Shown: positions 8,819-17,688, numbered from the stretch's first letter. The stretch: 64,000 bases of DNA from a virus (IMGVR_UViG_3300032321_000388:32001-96000); one strand, 5' to 3'. Notes: generated by a model not told the origin, from the letters alone. Numbers and translations: made by a program.

Positions 8819-10082
8819 TTATTTTATTTTAGGCTTACTCCTAGGCGCAGTAATAGCAATCTTTTGGGCGTCTAACGCCAATGCAATTGAATACTCTCCA
8901 AATGGAACCTCAGGATTAAATCTTGTTTATAATGGTAATGATGATGATAATGCTTATACTGTCAATCTGCCTTGGAGCATTAATTTTTTAGGTACTAACT
9001 ACAATCGTGTTTATGTTGGTACTAATGGCTATATTACTTTTTCCTCACCAAACTCCACCTATTATGGATTCTCTGCGTCTAATCCGGCCGGCCCACACAT
9101 AAGCATATATCCAGGAGACCGTAGGTTATATAAATTGTATTATGCTCAAATAGGAGCTGGTACTGCTCAAGCACGATTTGTTATTAGAGCAGAGGGTGTT
9201 GATTATTCCAATGGTGCAATTACTCATATATGGGAAGTTCATTTTTACCCAGGTACAAGTTATTTTGATATTTACTTTGTGGATGCACCATCATCAGGTA
9301 ATGCAGGAACTGCAGGCATTAGTAATGGATCTGCTTATGTCTTAACTTATACCACAACTGAATCAACAGGTATTCGTATTAATGCTAATGGAACTCTTAG
9401 TGTTGCCGCTCCAGAATATAGTTCATCTATTACTAATTCACAAACTACCCGTAAGAATTCTGAAACTGCTCAAAGAAATGCACAGTCAGGAAACGAGATA
9501 CAAATACAACAAATAGGCGATAATAATAACTTCACTATAAGGCAAGGTGCAACTATATCAGGAAAAAATAGGATTGAGTTATATTCTAATGGTAACTATA
9601 ATACACTTAACTTAAATCAAGGTTATACAACATCAGGAACAGTATCAGCAGGAGACAGCAACGACCACTATCTTAACTTAAATTTGATGGGTAATACTAA
9701 TACAGTAACTACTCAACAGACTGGTACAAGCAACTTTAATGAGACTACTATAAGTGGTAACAATAATAATGTTACTAACCTTCAGCAAGGAACTGGACCT
9801 AAGGTATTATTTGAAAGCATATCAGGTAATAGTAATACAGTGACGACTAATCAGAAGGATTCTGGACAACATTACTTGGATCTTAAGTTAACTGGAAATG
9901 GTCATAATGTAGGTGTAACTCAGCAAGGTTCTGGTAATCATGCAGCTACAATTGACTTGACTAATTCAGGTGGAGCAGCAATCCTTAATCTTAATCAGTC
10001 AGGATCCACAAATCAGGTATACAGTATCCAGCAAAGCTGCGCTAATCCTGCTGGATGCTCAACTACAATAACTCAGCCATAA
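8802..10082 (+). CDS. NIDO-like domain fused to curlin repeats
   Basis: Signal peptide; DDD..VNLPWSINFLGTNYNRVYVGTNGYITF; C-terminal Q-x-G-x-x-N repeats. Confidence 0.75.
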   Translation: MLRRISYFILGLLLGAVIAIFWASNANAIEYSPNGTSGLNLVYNGNDDDNAYTVNLPWSINFLGTNYNRVYVGTNGYITFSSPNSTYYGFSASNPAGPHISIYPGDRRLYKLYYAQIGAGTAQARFVIRAEGVDYSNGAITHIWEVHFYPGTSYFDIYFVDAPSSGNAGTAGISNGSAYVLTYTTTESTGIRINANGTLSVAAPEYSSSITNSQTTRKNSETAQRNAQSGNEIQIQQIGDNNNFTIRQGATISGKNRIELYSNGNYNTLNLNQGYTTSGTVSAGDSNDHYLNLNLMGNTNTVTTQQTGTSNFNETTISGNNNNVTNLQQGTGPKVLFESISGNSNTVTTNQKDSGQHYLDLKLTGNGHNVGVTQQGSGNHAATIDLTNSGGAAILNLNQSGSTNQVYSIQQSCANPAGCSTTITQP

Positions 10083-10093
10083 TAAATAATCAT

Positions 10094-10444
10094 ATGATAC
10101 CGTTTAAATTTAAATCTAAGCACCGTAAAACATGGTTTATTGATCTTGACGGTACTATATTAAGATATAACTTACTAAAGTCTGCAGTATGTCAAGATAA
10201 GTTACTACCTGGTGTAAAAGAGTTTTGGGATACAATACCTAAAAAAGATCATATAGTTTTAATTACTGCCCGTCCTAAATATCTTAAGAAGCATACTATG
10301 AGATTCTTAGAAAAGCATGGGATTAGGTATGATGATATCCTCTTTGACTTACCAAATGGCGAACGAATACTTATAAATGATGATAAACCCGATGGTACAA
10401 AGATGTCTTTTGTATGGGCCGTAAAGCGTAATGAGGGATTTTAA
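10094..10444 (+). CDS. HAD-superfamily phosphatase-like protein
   Basis: FIDLDGT, LITAR, INDD motifs; likely start MIPFK at 10094. Confidence 0.8.
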   Translation: MIPFKFKSKHRKTWFIDLDGTILRYNLLKSAVCQDKLLPGVKEFWDTIPKKDHIVLITARPKYLKKHTMRFLEKHGIRYDDILFDLPNGERILINDDKPDGTKMSFVWAVKRNEGF

Positions 10445-10448
10445 TAAT

Positions 10449-10477
10449 TTTACTTTAATTAACAATTAGGATATAAT
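10449..10477 (+). promoter_or_regulatory. Sigma70-type early promoter
   Basis: TTTACT-17 bp-TATAAT with TTAAT right after the -35. Confidence 0.75.
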
Positions 10478-10482
10478 TAAAA

Positions 10483-10614
10483 ATGAAAATAAAACAACTA
10501 ATTAAAAAGATGTACAAGGCGTGTGTTGAACATAAGCCCAAAAAGGAAAAGAAACTTTGGTTTAAAGTAATGAAGAAAAGTTTACAACATAAGAAGACCC
10601 AGATTATTCAATGA
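10483..10614 (+). CDS. 43-aa Lys-rich peptide
   Basis: Read by hand: MKIKQLIKKMYKACVEHKPKKEKKLWFKVMKKSLQHKKTQIIQ; ATGA overlap with cyclase start. Confidence 0.55.
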   Translation: MKIKQLIKKMYKACVEHKPKKEKKLWFKVMKKSLQHKKTQIIQ

Positions 10615-12620
10615 AGAGATTATTATCTCCATGGCTAGCGCTCTTAACACTTGCTTTATTAGTAGGTATTAGAGCAGCAGATCCATCATTTGTGCAGTCA
10701 GTTAGGCTTAGATACTTTGATACATTAATCACAAGTAAGCAACAAACTATTTCAAAACAGGTTCATGTCGTTAATATAGATGATAAATCTATTGAACGTC
10801 TTGGGCAATTTCCATTTCCAAGGACTCAATATGCAAATATTATCGAAGATCTTTATGCCCGTGGTGCTGGTCTTGTCGTGTTTAATCTTTTTATGCCTGA
10901 TAATGACAGGTTTGGAAAAGATGCTGGATTGGTTGATACCTTTACTAGGCATCCTGTAGTATTACCACAAGTAGCAACTTCAGATAAACAAAAACCTGGA
11001 GCATTTAGACCAGGAGTATCAGAGATTGGTGGTAAAGCATCTGACTTTGTAGTAAATTATCCTGGTATCCAAGCCAATATAGAATCTTTTAACAGCCGTG
11101 CTGCTGGAATAGGAGTTGTAAATGTATTACCTGAAATTGATGGTGTTGTTCGTCGTATCCCTATGGTCGTTGCAAGTGAAGGCAAATTGTACCCCAGCAT
11201 ATCTTTGGAAACCCTCAGAGTTGCAGTCGGAGACCCAAGTTTCCAAGTCAAGTCAACTGCCACAGGAATTGAAGCAGTTAGAATCCCAAAGTTTTCTAAA
11301 ATACCAACAGATTCACTCGGTAGGATATGGGTTGACTGGTCGTCCATGCCAATTGAACATTCTCTTATGGAACTACCAAGCAAATTCGATGGAGCTATTG
11401 TTATCGTTGGACTTACTGCAAGAGGACTTAATAATCCAGTCGCCACTCCAATCGGGTCCGTATACCCGCATTATGTTCAATCTGCCGTTCTCGATACTCT
11501 TACTTCAGGAACCGTTATTTCAAGACCAGACTGGGCTGAAGGAGCAGAAGTTCTAGTAGTAATTGTTTTATCAATTCTAATAATCTTTTTATCGAGGTGG
11601 AAATATGCTATTGTCCCTATTATTGGGCTTATTGGCCTTTTATATTATGCTTCTCATTTTGCCTTTACTACTTACGGCTATCTGGTGGATTCTGTGTTTC
11701 CTATTCTCGCTTTGGGTATTGTATATGCTCATTCATATACTGTTAAGTTTATAAGCGAATTAAACCAAAAATTACAGATTAAGAAACAATTTGGTACGTA
11801 CTTAAGTCCTGCATTAGTTGAGAAGTTACAAAAGAATCCTGAGTTACTAAAACTTGGCGGAGAAACAAGAGAACTAAGCATTATGTTTACTGATGTTAGA
11901 GGATTCACTACCATATCAGAACACTATGGTGAGGATGTACAAGGCCTAACTAAGATCATGAATAGATACATGACAGCTATGACAGCTAGGATTATAGAAA
12001 ACGAAGGTACACTTGATAAGTACATCGGTGATGCACAGATGGCATTTTGGAATGCGCCACTAGATGATAAGGATCATGCTCTTAATGCAGTTAAAACAGG
12101 ATTGGAGATGTTAGATGACTTGGATAGATTCAACAAAGAAGTTACTAAAGAGGGAATTCCAGCGTTTGGTATGGGATTGGGTATTAATACTGGCTCTGTT
12201 GTTGTCGGCAATATGGGCTCTGATCAAAGGTTTGATTACACTTGTTTGGGCGACAGTGTTAATCTTGCTTCGCGGCTTGAAGGACAAAGTAAAAACTATG
12301 GCGTTAGGATTATTTTAGGTAATAGAACTGCAGAACTTGTTAGATACAAATATGGTGTTATTGAACTAGATAACATCGCAGTGAAAGGTAAGACTGAAGG
12401 AGTTAAAGTGTTTACTATAGGTGATACTATTAATTTTAAACACGATGAATTCATTAAAGAGTATTATCGTGGTAACTGGCAACGTGCTATAGAATGGGCT
12501 AAAGAATTAGCTGAAGATGATAAAGTTACTGTTAAAGAGTATTATCATAAGATGATAGAAAGAATGGATCAAGGCCTCCCAGCAAATTGGGATGGGGTCT
12601 ATCGCGCTACAAGCAAATAA
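10611..12620 (+). CDS. CHASE2-domain class III adenylate cyclase
   Basis: CHASE2 (VVNIDDKS, QFPFPR, DGVVRRIP), three TMs, FTDVRGFT, DKYIGDA, YTCLGDSVNLASRLEG. Confidence 0.93.
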   Translation: MKRLLSPWLALLTLALLVGIRAADPSFVQSVRLRYFDTLITSKQQTISKQVHVVNIDDKSIERLGQFPFPRTQYANIIEDLYARGAGLVVFNLFMPDNDRFGKDAGLVDTFTRHPVVLPQVATSDKQKPGAFRPGVSEIGGKASDFVVNYPGIQANIESFNSRAAGIGVVNVLPEIDGVVRRIPMVVASEGKLYPSISLETLRVAVGDPSFQVKSTATGIEAVRIPKFSKIPTDSLGRIWVDWSSMPIEHSLMELPSKFDGAIVIVGLTARGLNNPVATPIGSVYPHYVQSAVLDTLTSGTVISRPDWAEGAEVLVVIVLSILIIFLSRWKYAIVPIIGLIGLLYYASHFAFTTYGYLVDSVFPILALGIVYAHSYTVKFISELNQKLQIKKQFGTYLSPALVEKLQKNPELLKLGGETRELSIMFTDVRGFTTISEHYGEDVQGLTKIMNRYMTAMTARIIENEGTLDKYIGDAQMAFWNAPLDDKDHALNAVKTGLEMLDDLDRFNKEVTKEGIPAFGMGLGINTGSVVVGNMGSDQRFDYTCLGDSVNLASRLEGQSKNYGVRIILGNRTAELVRYKYGVIELDNIAVKGKTEGVKVFTIGDTINFKHDEFIKEYYRGNWQRAIEWAKELAEDDKVTVKEYYHKMIERMDQGLPANWDGVYRATSK

Positions 12621-13339
12621 TGCGATTCTTAGTTTTACTTCTATTAGCATTCAATTGCTATGGCGATGATTTAACCGCAAAATCATGGCTAATAGCTGAT
12701 CAAAATGGTAAAATCATTGATGGTCAACACACAAGCGATGTTCGTCCTATTGCATCAATCACAAAACTACTCACCGCAATAGTTATACTAGAATCTGGTG
12801 TCAACATGCAAGAAGACATAAACACAGAAGCTTTTGGTTCTGTATCAAGACACGAGCTACTTAATATGGCTATAGTCAGAAGTAATAATCCAGCGGCCAT
12901 ATTACTATGTGATTCATATCCAAGTGGATATAAGTCTTGTGTTAATAGAATGAACGAAAAGCTTCAAGAACTTGGAATGATTAATAGTAAAGTATATGAT
13001 TCATCTGGTTTAGATCCAAGAAATAAAAGCACAGCGGAAGAACTTATTAAACTAGTAAAAGAATCATCAAAATATCCTGAGATCATATCGGCGTCTTCTC
13101 AATCAGGAGTAGAAGTAAAGATTAGAAAGAAATGGATATTCTTTAGAAACACTAATCCTCTAATAGGTACTAGACAGGATATCTTAGTTAGTAAAACCGG
13201 GTGGACCCGGCGAGCTGGCGGGTGTTTAGTGATGTATCTATCAACAGACCGAGGTTATCGAACCGTGGTCGTCCTAGGAAGTCTCAATACTCATACCAGA
13301 GTGCCTGAAGCTGAATTTATTGCTCAAAATTATCAATAA
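12620..13339 (+). CDS. Serine D-Ala-D-Ala peptidase (S11; PBP7/PbpG-like)
   Basis: Signal peptide; SxxK (ASITK), SxN (SNN), KTG (SKTGWT..AGGCLVM). Confidence 0.88.
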   Translation: MRFLVLLLLAFNCYGDDLTAKSWLIADQNGKIIDGQHTSDVRPIASITKLLTAIVILESGVNMQEDINTEAFGSVSRHELLNMAIVRSNNPAAILLCDSYPSGYKSCVNRMNEKLQELGMINSKVYDSSGLDPRNKSTAEELIKLVKESSKYPEIISASSQSGVEVKIRKKWIFFRNTNPLIGTRQDILVSKTGWTRRAGGCLVMYLSTDRGYRTVVVLGSLNTHTRVPEAEFIAQNYQ

Positions 13340-13365
13340 AAACGTTTACAATAAAAACGTTTACA
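13334..13365. repeat. Perfect 15-bp tandem duplication CAATAAAAACGTTTA x2
   Basis: Seen directly; overlaps the S11 stop and the next promoter -35. Confidence 0.9.
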
Positions 13366-13388
13366 TTAATTCTTTTATTTGATATAAT
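13360..13388 (+). promoter_or_regulatory. Early promoter
   Basis: TTTACA-TTAAT..., 17-bp spacer, TATAAT. Confidence 0.8.
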
Positions 13389-13422
13389 GTTCTTACAGTA
13401 ATTAATTAAATGGAGAGATTAA

Positions 13423-13836
13423 ATGACTTACTTAACTAAAAACGCAACAGTAGAAATTCTTAAAGACAAATATAATCCAAATACCAATCAAGGTCAGTTT
13501 AACCGTAGAGGCGTAGCAGTTCTAGCTGATCAGCCTCATGAATTTTACTTTGATGAAACTAACAGCGACCTTGGTCCTGTAGTTCGTTGGGTATCATCAG
13601 ACAATATCGTTCCAGGCGATATCTTAGAAATGGCTGTTGCTGATGGAGTAATTCAATTATCTGATCTACAAAACTCTTTAGAAGCTCGTGAAATTGAGGA
13701 TGCTAAATTCTTAGCTCAATATGTTGCAAATCGTCAAAAGTATGGCTACTCAGACGAAGAAAAGTTTGAGATGATGGCTACTTTCGGTGGCGAAGAGGTT
13801 GTGGATGTTTTAACTGGCCAAACTATTCAATACTAG
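13423..13836 (+). CDS. Hypothetical phage protein
   Basis: GGAGAG RBS; 137-aa ORF. Confidence 0.6.
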   Translation: MTYLTKNATVEILKDKYNPNTNQGQFNRRGVAVLADQPHEFYFDETNSDLGPVVRWVSSDNIVPGDILEMAVADGVIQLSDLQNSLEAREIEDAKFLAQYVANRQKYGYSDEEKFEMMATFGGEEVVDVLTGQTIQY

Positions 13837-13845
13837 GAGAAAATC

Positions 13846-14187
13846 ATGGGAAAATTTAAAAATTCTTTAATTGATGAAACTCCAGGAGAAAATCGAATGA
13901 CAATTACCAAAGCATCAAATGCTACAGGTACTTCTCTCCAAGGTCATATAGAAACTACCTATGAAGAACTAGTAAAAGTATTTGGTAAACCTAATATTGG
14001 TCCAGATGCTCAAGAAGATAAGACAACTTGTGAATGGTGTTTATGGATCGAAGGTACATTAGTTACCATCTATGATTGGAAGACTGACCATACGCCAATA
14101 AATACGTATTCTTGGCATATTGGTGGTAAGAACAAAGAAGCTCCAGAATTAGTTTATGATGCTTTCTTTCAATCTAAGGCTATATAA
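13846..14187 (+). CDS. Conserved hypothetical phage protein
   Basis: SLQGHIETTYEELVKVFGKP...EW...TIYDWK...WHIGG. Confidence 0.65.
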   Translation: MGKFKNSLIDETPGENRMTITKASNATGTSLQGHIETTYEELVKVFGKPNIGPDAQEDKTTCEWCLWIEGTLVTIYDWKTDHTPINTYSWHIGGKNKEAPELVYDAFFQSKAI

Positions 14188-14194
14188 CAGGTTT

Positions 14195-14293
14195 AGACTC
14201 TCAGCCAATCAATAAAATACATGCGGACACTTCCATGGAACTGCTTCCGACGGGTCAGCTACTGTTGTAACGGTAGTTCCGAGAGTCTTTTTT
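14195..14293 (+). ncRNA. Putative structured intergenic RNA, unassigned
   Basis: Closing stem AGACTCTC/GAGAGTCT, nested stem GGAACTGC/GTAGTTCC, then T6; GC-rich relative to the genome. Confidence 0.45.
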
Positions 14294-14352
14294 AAAGTGC
14301 ATTAGAGGGGTTAAACTAAGGTACCTCTATTTTACCTAGTGCACTTTAAAAA
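14289..14352. repeat. 17-bp inverted repeat (one G-U) enclosing 30 nt
   Basis: TTTTTAAAGTGCATTAG / CTAGTGCACTTTAAAAA. Confidence 0.8.
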
Positions 14353-14356
14353 TTAT

Positions 14357-14385
14357 TGTACATTAATTAGTTTTTATGATATAAT
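14357..14385 (+). promoter_or_regulatory. Early promoter
   Basis: TGTACA-TTAAT..., 17-bp spacer, TATAAT. Confidence 0.75.
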
Positions 14386-14415
14386 GTACCTGTAAATTGA
14401 TAAAGGAGTAAAATT

Positions 14416-14700
14416 ATGTTAGACTTTAAGTTAACCGATGTACAAGAAACTTTCAAAAAGAAACTACATGAGACTGATCTTACTGTAGTATTTACCAAAA
14501 AAGATGGCACACAACGCGAAATGCTTTGTACCTTATCTGAAGCAAAAATCCCAGAAGACAAAAGACCAAAACATGTTGAACCTGAAGAAGGTAAAAAACC
14601 ACGTGTTTTAAGTAATGATGTTGCTCGAGTATTTGATCTTGAAAAACTTGAGTGGAGATCATTCCGTTGGGATTCAATCATTAAAGTAGAAGGACTATAA
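14416..14700 (+). CDS. WYL_2/Sm-like SH3 beta-barrel protein
   Basis: VVFTKKDGTQREMLCTL...VFDLEKLEWRSFRWDS. Confidence 0.75.
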   Translation: MLDFKLTDVQETFKKKLHETDLTVVFTKKDGTQREMLCTLSEAKIPEDKRPKHVEPEEGKKPRVLSNDVARVFDLEKLEWRSFRWDSIIKVEGL

Positions 14701-14701
14701 A

Positions 14702-14965
14702 ATGCAATTATTAGAAGAAGACAAAAAACAAATTCGAGGTGCTGTTCAAGAAGCAAGCGATTCAATGCTTCGAATTGATGCTGAAAAAGATCTTATTAAA
14801 GAGATCGTTGATAATCTTTATGAGACATATCAAATCCCTAAGAGAACTATCAGCAAGATCATTAAGGTCTATCATAAACAGAACTTTGATCAAGAGGTTG
14901 CTTTAAATGAAGAGTTTGAAGATCTATACCAAACTGTAACAACTAATGAGAACTCTGCTTCTTAA
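14702..14965 (+). CDS. dsbA: T4 DsbA-like double-stranded DNA-binding protein
   Basis: EASDSMLRIDAEKDLIKEI...KIIKVYHKQNF. Confidence 0.75.
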   Translation: MQLLEEDKKQIRGAVQEASDSMLRIDAEKDLIKEIVDNLYETYQIPKRTISKIIKVYHKQNFDQEVALNEEFEDLYQTVTTNENSAS

Positions 14966-14971
14966 AGTTAG

Positions 14972-15000
14972 TTTACTTTAATTTGAATATATGTTATAAT
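14972..15000 (+). promoter_or_regulatory. Early promoter
   Basis: GTTTACT-TTAAT..., 17-bp spacer, TATAAT. Confidence 0.8.
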
Positions 15001-15029
15001 GACTATGTCAAATTAAATTTGAGGAAATC

Positions 15030-16172
15030 ATGGCAACTAAAAAACCTAAAGTTACAGAATCATGGAAAGCTCAAGCTATTGCTAAAGGCAAAGGCGATGG
15101 AGCTCCAGTAGTTACAGAAGAAAATTATAAATCAACCTTAATGGCAGCTCTTGGCTACTATAATACAAATGCTGAAAATACTACTAGAGCAAATGCAGTT
15201 AGAAACTACATTAAAAAGATGTCTAAGGATCCTTTAGCACATACCTTTGAAGATGTATCTTTTGAAGATTTACTTCCAGTATTTGTTAATAATGTACCTG
15301 ATTATGAATTACTTTCAATGGGTTCATTAGTAATGATTCTTAATAATGGTGGATTCTTATCTGCTATTCATCAGTCAGAAATGATGCAAAAGATGATTAA
15401 GATCTATCATACATATAATACAGGTACTATTGAAGAAGATAAACCAAAGGCTCCAGTGATTTCAATCGAACAGCGTATTATTGAAACTGCAAGAACAAAT
15501 TCAGAAGAAATTGATTATGCTATCGACAAGTTTGTCAAGACAAAATCATCTGACTTTAATATCAAGGCTCATCTATTAAGTAATAACATTGCTGGTGCGG
15601 TTGCTAAACGAATTGGTGAATACTATAAGAATACTCTAGATGAGGTTGAAGAAGCTATCAAAGGCGAAGACGAGCAACTTGTTGAGGGTTACAGTTACTT
15701 CACAAAGACAGAGCTTAAAAAGTTCAGAGACTTTATTCAAGGTATTATTGATGGATGTGCTCAACATCAGGTTACTGCAAAAAAACCTAGAATTGTTAAG
15801 GCAAAACCACCTGCAATTATTGTTAAGAAACTTAAGTACATGAGAGAACTTATAGAAATTAATCTTAAATCTATTGATCCAGCAAATATTGTTGGAGCAG
15901 ATCAGTTATGGGTTTATAATACAAAGAATCGTAAACTGATTAACTATACATCAGCAGATGGAGAAACATTATCAGTCAAAGGTACTACAATTATTAATTA
16001 TGATATTGGTAGATCTGATTCTAAGACTCTTCGTAAACCAGAAGAATTCTTTAAGACAACTGAGATTGGCAAACGAGCATTAAACTCTGCTATTAAAGAA
16101 ATCAAGGCAAAATCTGCCCAACCTAATGGCAGAATTAATGGTGATATGATTTTAATAGGAGCATTTAAATGA
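15030..16172 (+). CDS. Conserved T4-like hypothetical protein upstream of rnh
   Basis: QLVEGYS, LWVYNTKNRKL, SVKGTT, KTLRKPEE, NGRIN. Confidence 0.7.
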   Translation: MATKKPKVTESWKAQAIAKGKGDGAPVVTEENYKSTLMAALGYYNTNAENTTRANAVRNYIKKMSKDPLAHTFEDVSFEDLLPVFVNNVPDYELLSMGSLVMILNNGGFLSAIHQSEMMQKMIKIYHTYNTGTIEEDKPKAPVISIEQRIIETARTNSEEIDYAIDKFVKTKSSDFNIKAHLLSNNIAGAVAKRIGEYYKNTLDEVEEAIKGEDEQLVEGYSYFTKTELKKFRDFIQGIIDGCAQHQVTAKKPRIVKAKPPAIIVKKLKYMRELIEINLKSIDPANIVGADQLWVYNTKNRKLINYTSADGETLSVKGTTIINYDIGRSDSKTLRKPEEFFKTTEIGKRALNSAIKEIKAKSAQPNGRINGDMILIGAFK

Positions 16173-16384
16173 AAATAGTATTATTTACACTTGCAAATAC
16201 TACAACGGCATCTGATAAGATAGCTATTAATTCAGATAAGATTATATCAATATTTGAATCACTTGATCCAGATGATAAAAAGAAAAAGAAATTACAAACT
16301 GCAATTTATGCAGGACAAGATTTAACATGGATAGTTAAAGAACCTATTGAAGAGGTAATTAAAAAATTAAATGATAATTCTTGA
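16169..16384 (+). CDS. Small hypothetical protein
   Basis: Overlapping start; IAINSDKIISI...WIVKEPIEEV. Confidence 0.55.
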   Translation: MKIVLFTLANTTTASDKIAINSDKIISIFESLDPDDKKKKKLQTAIYAGQDLTWIVKEPIEEVIKKLNDNS

Positions 16385-17267
16385 TTATAGTCAGATTGCT
16401 TTAAGTAACATTATGCCATTTCAAGATGATCTGAAGAAATCATCTGAATCTGAGGTAAAGAACTTAATTAGACATACAACATTAGCTACTATTAAATCAT
16501 ATGCTAAAAAATATGGTAAAGAATATGGTCAAGTAGTTATTGCATGTGACGGTCAAAACTACTGGCGAAGAACAGTATTCCCACATTATAAAGCCATGCG
16601 TAAAGTTAATCGTGAGAAGTCTGATCTTAATTGGACTTTAATATTTGATACTCTATCAGAATTAAGACAAGATCTGATTGAAAATTTTCCTTATAAAGTT
16701 CTTAATATTGATACCGCAGAAGCTGATGATATTATAGCATGTTTGACTAATTGGTCTCAGACTAATATGTTAGTCCAAGAAGGATTATTTCAATCACCAC
16801 AGAAGATCCTGATTGTCTCATCTGATAAAGACTTTATTCAACTACAACGAAACGATAATGTTCGTCAGTGGTCACCAATACAAAAGAAATTTGTTGAAGC
16901 TAATAAAAAAGAAGTTCATGAGTATACCATTACTCATATCGTCAAAGGAGATTCTGGAGACGGTATTCCAAATATTCTATCAAGTGATGATGTATTTGTC
17001 AGTGGAGAGCGTCAAAAACCGTTCTCATCTAAACGTCTACCTGAATTCTTTGAAAAAGGAATCGAAGCTTGTAAGAACGATAGCGAAAAAAGAAACTATC
17101 AGAGAAATCAGGAACTAGTTAATTTTGATTCTATTCCTGAAAGTTTATATAAAATGATTATATATACTTATGAGAATACTAAACCTAAGGGTGATAAAAA
17201 TTCTATTATGAACTATTTGATTAAAAACCAATGTCGATTATTACTCGACGAAATTGAGGACTTTTAA
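16371..17267 (+). CDS. rnh: T4-type RNase H (5'-3' exonuclease, FEN family)
   Basis: IILDYSQ, ACD..NYWR..FPHYKA, EADDII, SSDKDFIQL, GDSGDGIPN. Confidence 0.93.
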   Translation: MIILDYSQIALSNIMPFQDDLKKSSESEVKNLIRHTTLATIKSYAKKYGKEYGQVVIACDGQNYWRRTVFPHYKAMRKVNREKSDLNWTLIFDTLSELRQDLIENFPYKVLNIDTAEADDIIACLTNWSQTNMLVQEGLFQSPQKILIVSSDKDFIQLQRNDNVRQWSPIQKKFVEANKKEVHEYTITHIVKGDSGDGIPNILSSDDVFVSGERQKPFSSKRLPEFFEKGIEACKNDSEKRNYQRNQELVNFDSIPESLYKMIIYTYENTKPKGDKNSIMNYLIKNQCRLLLDEIEDF

Positions 17268-17268
17268 A

Positions 17269-17688
17269 ATGGCAGTCAGATTTTTACCAGAAATGCTTGA
17301 CGAGATCAATGCAGAACCAAAACTATTAGAAACTAAGTATAGAGGAAACTCTGCTCTTAAGATTGTATTTGAATATGCATTCTTACCTGAGAAGAAATTT
17401 CTTCTTCCTGAAGACGAGCCTCCATATAGACCAGATGCTGCTCCTATTGGTATGAATCCAGCTATCCTTACACAGGAACTTAGACGATTCTATGTATTTC
17501 TGCGCAAGGACTTAAAACCTATTAAGCGTGAGGCTTTATTCATATCATTATTAGAGTCAGTCCATCCTTCAGAGGCTAAACTTATTATAGCAATCAAGGA
17601 TCAAAAGCTTAATAAGATGTATAAAAAGATCACTCGTAAATTAGTAGAATCAGCCGGTTTCATTGTACCGGAAGCACAAGGTAACTAG
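17269..17688 (+). CDS. Conserved T4-like hypothetical protein (DUF6433-like)
   Basis: LPEDEPPY, KREALFISLLESVHPSEA. Confidence 0.7.
   Translation: MAVRFLPEMLDEINAEPKLLETKYRGNSALKIVFEYAFLPEKKFLLPEDEPPYRPDAAPIGMNPAILTQELRRFYVFLRKDLKPIKREALFISLLESVHPSEAKLIIAIKDQKLNKMYKKITRKLVESAGFIVPEAQGN

Noticed and set aside
2808-13339. Bacterial contamination or host-chromosome chimera (isc, csg, cyclase, PBP genes)
   Set aside because: These genes have the same AT-rich composition, tight overlaps and phage early/late promoter motifs as the flanking T4-like genes.
14195-14352. tRNA or a known riboswitch
   Set aside because: No cloverleaf or T-loop consensus, and no match I can recognise to glutamine, c-di-GMP, ZTP or fluoride aptamers; kept only as an unassigned structure.
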